Shown: piece after piece, positions 63,626 to 64,000 of the stretch
Numbering within the stretch: position 1 is the first letter of the stretch
Layout: each line of letters begins with the position of its first letter
Source of the DNA: Candidatus Latescibacterota bacterium
GTDB lineage: Bacteria; Latescibacterota; UBA2968; UBA8231
DNA: 64,000 nucleotides
Reading direction: 5' to 3'
Assembly: GCA_965200315.1 (NCBI GenBank)
Contig: OZ241362.1
Span: forward strand, 256,001 to 320,000
The notes under the pieces: model-generated
Told to the model about the DNA's origin: nothing
Seen by the model: the letters and a program-made list of their open reading frames with translations, nothing else
Databases searched by the model: none
Program-made: the position numbers and the translations under genes

Positions 63626-64000
63626 ATGGAATATCCAGATATGATCCAAGCATTAGTGGGCTTGGGCCTGATCGCTTTGGGCGGTGGTCTGGGTTTTCTG
63701 CTGAGTTATCAATTAAAAAGGGGCATCCTCCCCCAAGTCGAGAAAGAGGCAGAAGACCGAGTGCGGCAGCAGCTAGCCGAAGAGGAGCGCACAGTGCGGC
63801 TGAGCTTGCTCGAAGAGCGGGATGACTGGTATAAAACCAAAGCCCGCCAAGAGGCCGAATTAGAAGATCAATTGGCCGATCTGAACCGCCGCGATAAGAG
63901 CTTGGCACAGCTCGTACGCGCCCTCAATAGCCAGAAAGAAGAGCAGAACCGGGCGTGGAATCGCCTCAAAAATCAGGAGCAGCGGATTGGCCAGCGCGCA
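63626..64000 (+). CDS. 3'-truncated membrane-anchored coiled-coil protein, possibly the RNase Y N-terminus
   Basis: Not in the ORF track (no stop in window): MEYPDMIQALVGLGLIALGGGLGFLLSYQLKRG...EKEAE...LLEERDDWYKTK...; one TM plus long heptad region. Confidence 0.55.
   Translation, partial: MEYPDMIQALVGLGLIALGGGLGFLLSYQLKRGILPQVEKEAEDRVRQQLAEEERTVRLSLLEERDDWYKTKARQEAELEDQLADLNRRDKSLAQLVRALNSQKEEQNRAWNRLKNQEQRIGQRA

Noticed and set aside
63594-63908. 104-aa minus-strand ORF
   Set aside because: The opposite strand carries a more plausible TM plus coiled-coil CDS from 63626 running off the window

Overview
GC-rich bacterial chromosomal window. The many FlgD-Ig/T9SS-like C-terminal domains, TPR proteins and CRTAC1/ASPIC-UnbV proteins suggest a Latescibacterota/Gemmatimonadota-like FCB lineage (inference). 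1-25 kb is an accessory envelope/surface-protein region: TPR lipoproteins, three FG-GAP/ASPIC-UnbV proteins, a parvulin foldase, three paralogous exported proteins all ending in -AY, a His-motif membrane-TPR fusion, and a tandem pair of PQQ-sugar-dehydrogenase-like genes, one with a diheme insert. 25-54 kb is mostly housekeeping/metabolic: vapBC-type TA, miaB, mtaB, pcrA, mltG, ABC-2 exporter, tRNA-Thr, a stand-alone ftsA, ssb, eno, a Wzi-GT2-radical SAM-GT2 cluster, an nth with an in-frame TAA, amidohydrolase, aminotransferase, ALDH and SSS genes. The most interesting element is 54.5-59.4 kb: a sigma-54-driven pspA operon with no pspC. It carries a TM-wHTH protein, two small membrane proteins sharing a near-identical coiled-coil module, a soluble TPR histidine kinase, and a PspF-like activator that has gained a receiver domain and lacks the PspA-binding Trp. 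This suggests a phage-shock system rewired to two-component control. The window ends with iscU-like, sod, peroxiredoxin, folE, a KamA-family gene and a truncated RNase Y-like ORF. No CRISPR array, rRNA or transposase was seen. All family assignments are from motif recognition; no database searches were run.
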